From: Candidatus Latescibacterota bacterium
GTDB taxonomy: Bacteria > Latescibacterota > UBA2968 > GCA-2709665
Reading direction: 5' to 3'
Length of the DNA: 64,000 nucleotides
NCBI GenBank assembly: GCA_965248435.1
Contig: OZ252100.1
Coordinates: forward strand, 1,248,001-1,312,000
Shown: positions 61,296 to 64,000 of the stretch, in pieces
Numbering within the stretch: position 1 is the first letter of the stretch
Layout: each line of letters begins with the position of its first letter
Position numbers and translations under genes: made by a program
Notes under the pieces: generated by a model
Database searches by the model: none
The model's input: the letters and a program-made list of their open reading frames with translations, nothing else
Told to the model about the DNA's origin: nothing

Positions 61296-62146
61296 GTGCT
61301 CTGTGTTTTCAGGAGATGAATCATGAGCTCTGCCATCGTGATCAAATCGAGCGCATTGTGGTGAAGGATGTCGCGAAGTTGGATGGCGTTCTGTGACCGG
61401 ACAAAGTGATGATATGCATCAGGAATCTCTACCCCGGCGATATCCCCATACCGAAAGCGGCGACAGATTGCTCGCTCAAGCGTCTGGAGTTTGCAATTCG
61501 GCAGTTCAGTGCCCCACTGTCTACGGGCATGGTGCAAGATGTCCACGTGGGCCTTTCGCAAATCCGACTTTATACCGTGAAAAATCATTCGGTCTCGAAC
61601 AAAAGGCAAATCATACGACTTTCCATTGAAACTGACGAACACCTGTGACCGACCGATCAACTCGGCGAGGTGATTCAATACGTGCGGCTCTTCGGAATAG
61701 TCTCGTGCAAGAAGCTGTCGGATCACGAGGTTCCCGTTTTCATAAAGAAGAACACCTGCAAGGAACAGGGGGGTTCCAGAGGTGAATCCCGTCGTTTCCA
61801 GATCGATATAGAGCAAATCCTCAGGACTTCGGCTTTGACTGAATGTTTTTTCGTCTTCAAGTAATCGATCTACGCCAATGGAACCGACTGCATCCAAATA
61901 GTGGCGCGTGAACGCCTCATCGTAATCAGGGATGAGGTCATTCAGCGTTGGCTCGACCACCAGGAAACATCCGTCGCCGCAGGTCATTTCCCTGCCACCA
62001 ACCGCATCTCTAATTGAAAGGCACCGACGCGCTTCTCGAGAAGTCGCCAACCTATTTTTCAGCTCCCTCCGACTTTTCGAGGGCGTATCGCGGAGGTGCG
62101 CCCGATTCAGTGCGGCAATTCGTTTTCTCAGACTCTCTGAAATCAT
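61283..62146 (-). CDS. RNase H-like (YprB) domain protein
   Basis: DLETTG, SFNGKSYD.P, L.NCKLQTLE, HN..D. Confidence 0.85.
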   Translation of the reverse strand: MISESLRKRIAALNRAHLRDTPSKSRRELKNRLATSREARRCLSIRDAVGGREMTCGDGCFLVVEPTLNDLIPDYDEAFTRHYLDAVGSIGVDRLLEDEKTFSQSRSPEDLLYIDLETTGFTSGTPLFLAGVLLYENGNLVIRQLLARDYSEEPHVLNHLAELIGRSQVFVSFNGKSYDLPFVRDRMIFHGIKSDLRKAHVDILHHARRQWGTELPNCKLQTLERAICRRFRYGDIAGVEIPDAYHHFVRSQNAIQLRDILHHNALDLITMAELMIHLLKTQSTCQP

Positions 62147-62444
62147 TTGAACGTCGATAGTTAGAGTTCACAACAGGTTTTTCCAAACGAATATAGTCGA
62201 ACCCTCAATTGAAAGTCAAGGTGGCCTCGGAAAGCACTGGTCCAGCCTTACATCTTTCGGTATAATTCCAGCGAGAAATGGACAGAGCCATTCACGGGAA
62301 AATATCTCTCGTTCAGGGGGATGTACGGATGGTTACGACCTCTATTTAAGAATCTTTTATGGACTCTCGAGGAAGTTTGTCCCCAAGCGCTTTTCTCAGC
62401 CAGAGGTCTTCTGAAGACCCTGGCATCACAGGGGGGGAGACAAC

Positions 62445-63278
62445 GTGAGATCTTTGACAAAGAACATCCTTTTGGTATCCATTTTGAGTACAGGGCTGGT
62501 TCACGCTGGAACCACGGACTGGGGAAACGACCCGTTATGGGACGATGGGTTTGCAGAGGTTGCGACCTACGAGGCTCGGCGATCTGTCTACGGAAAACTA
62601 CGCACCTATGAAACCGTGCTGATTACCGTAAAGGAGGACTTCAGCACCCAGTACTACACCAAAGCCGATCCGCCCTTTTTAGGAAAGGCGCTCTTTCCTG
62701 TCCTGAAACTGAACATCACGTCAGAAATTCAGACAGAGAACTATCCTTATTCCTATCTGACGAGCATCTTCGTGGACAGGAACGATGTATTCAGGCTGGT
62801 GAAGATGACCAACGGGAGTCAGGAGTGGTGTGGGAACACGTTCAAGCTCATTAAGACGTGGGGTGAAATGCCTGAACTGGTGTTTCATTCCTACTGGGAT
62901 GGAGAGGGAGACGGAAGTCAGCCACTCCAATGGGGCCCGAACAGCGTGGTCGAGGACCAACTCCCGCTATCTCTGAGGGCCCTGCCGTTTTCCAAGGACT
63001 ATACCTGGGAGTTTCAGCTGCTGCCCACGCAGATTACCAACAAGGCTTCTCGGACCAGTCCGGTGCACGCTGTGGGGCGGGTTGTTGGTCAGGAAACGGT
63101 TCGCTTTGGACAGGGAACGGTTATCTGCTGGCGAGTCGATTTGGAATTCAGCGAGATGAAGCAGAGCTACTGGTTCGAAAAGGCACATCCGAACACGCTT
63201 ATCAAGTTTCGATCTTCTGATGAAAGGAGCCTAAAACTGATCGCACAAAATCGGGAGAAATACTGGGAGAAACCCTAG
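62445..63278 (+). CDS. Secreted hypothetical protein
   Basis: Signal peptide (..GLVHA); W.DG.AEV..Y, V.KLN, QEWCG, SYW..EG conserved-looking motifs. Confidence 0.7.
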   Translation: MRSLTKNILLVSILSTGLVHAGTTDWGNDPLWDDGFAEVATYEARRSVYGKLRTYETVLITVKEDFSTQYYTKADPPFLGKALFPVLKLNITSEIQTENYPYSYLTSIFVDRNDVFRLVKMTNGSQEWCGNTFKLIKTWGEMPELVFHSYWDGEGDGSQPLQWGPNSVVEDQLPLSLRALPFSKDYTWEFQLLPTQITNKASRTSPVHAVGRVVGQETVRFGQGTVICWRVDLEFSEMKQSYWFEKAHPNTLIKFRSSDERSLKLIAQNREKYWEKP

Positions 63279-63565
63279 TATGAATCCATCCGAACTTTCT
63301 TTGACCGCTGAATCGTTTGTACGTCCTCCCACGAAATGCTCTGCCGCTCACCATCATCGTTGAAAAGAATCAGTTGAGTGTCCTCTACACTCGCCACCTG
63401 CCCGCTGATCTTCCTTCCATCCTTTAAAGCGATCTCCACCCTGTCATCCGGCCGAAGTTCGCGCAGACTCCTTACGACCTCGGTGGTCACATAGGTATGG
63501 GCCTTTGAGCAGCCGTGGGGTCCTAGACATAACACAAAAATGTAAATCAGAATTCTGTAGATCAT
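63275..63565 (-). CDS. Small exported/lipoprotein-like hypothetical protein (Sm-like beta domain)
   Basis: Hydrophobic N-terminus ending HGC; V.I.LKDGR.I.G.V pattern. Confidence 0.6.
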   Translation of the reverse strand: MIYRILIYIFVLCLGPHGCSKAHTYVTTEVVRSLRELRPDDRVEIALKDGRKISGQVASVEDTQLILFNDDGERQSISWEDVQTIQRSKKVRMDSY

Positions 63566-63577
63566 GGAATCTCTTTC

Positions 63578-64000
63578 TCAGCGGACCTCAGCTGTGTAGA
63601 CCTGAAGACAATCAACGGGTCGAAACTTTCTCTTGTACTGACGCAATCCCGCCAGGCCAAGATCACCCGCGTCATTCACTAAGCGATAGTGTGAAAGCGA
63701 TCGGAAGACTTCCCATCGCAAATACTCCGACAGGCCCCGAACATCCGGGTCGGTCTTGGCGATAAAGAAATTGGCCAGATCGTCCTGCATTTCTCCCACC
63801 ATGGCCAGCCCACTCAGCCGTCCCTCGATCTCCACACACCAACCTCTAAGATCAACCTGCGACCAGTCCTCGAAATGGTTCAGTGCCGCAAGACTATAGC
63901 CCCAGTCCAGAAGGTGGGTGAGCCTGCTTCTCCGCTTCCGCCGCCACAGCCGAAGCAGGTCTATGCCCGCACCTACATCCTCAGGCTTCATCTCCCGGAA
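63578..64000 (-). CDS. DUF2156/phosphatidylglycerol lysyltransferase-like domain protein (partial, runs off window)
   Basis: K.D....GL, VN..GDLGL.GLR.YK.KFRP C-terminal signature. Confidence 0.75.
   Translation of the reverse strand, partial: FREMKPEDVGAGIDLLRLWRRKRRSRLTHLLDWGYSLAALNHFEDWSQVDLRGWCVEIEGRLSGLAMVGEMQDDLANFFIAKTDPDVRGLSEYLRWEVFRSLSHYRLVNDAGDLGLAGLRQYKRKFRPVDCLQVYTAEVR

Overview
Bacterial genomic window with two parts. Positions ~1-25,600 are an accessory region that looks lower in GC and is partly decaying. It holds an IS630 remnant and the 3' end of an NRPS cluster (GNAT-like protein, ankyrin protein, SyrD/PvdE-type exporter, frameshifted and 5'-truncated Asn/Pro-type NRPS with a Cys-nucleophile thioesterase). 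This abuts head-to-head a 5'-truncated SIR2-like gene. Then comes a ~12.7 kb co-oriented run of apparently cytoplasmic lipid/membrane-acting enzymes: patatin with a C-terminal hydrophobic helix, GMC oxidase-alpha/beta-hydrolase fusion, Vps62/NPP1-like protein, lipase pseudogene, PhoD-like phosphatase, cPLA2-like phospholipase and a beta/gamma-crystallin-domain protein, with orphan 3' gene fragments between them. Positions ~26,000-64,000 are GC-richer core genome: signalling genes, gap, dusA, hydroxypyruvate reductase, fused IOR, lipA-miaB-queG, Cys-poor IscU, lone nuoI, rny, sodA-prx-iscA, pan/fol genes, sigma factor and murD. Dense REP-like and short tandem repeat fields lie at ~26.3-26.8 kb and ~35.1-36.4 kb. 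No rRNA, tRNA or CRISPR array was seen. The best candidate for an undescribed system is the lipid-enzyme cassette cluster (12,901-25,593). All family calls come from motif recognition, not database searches.
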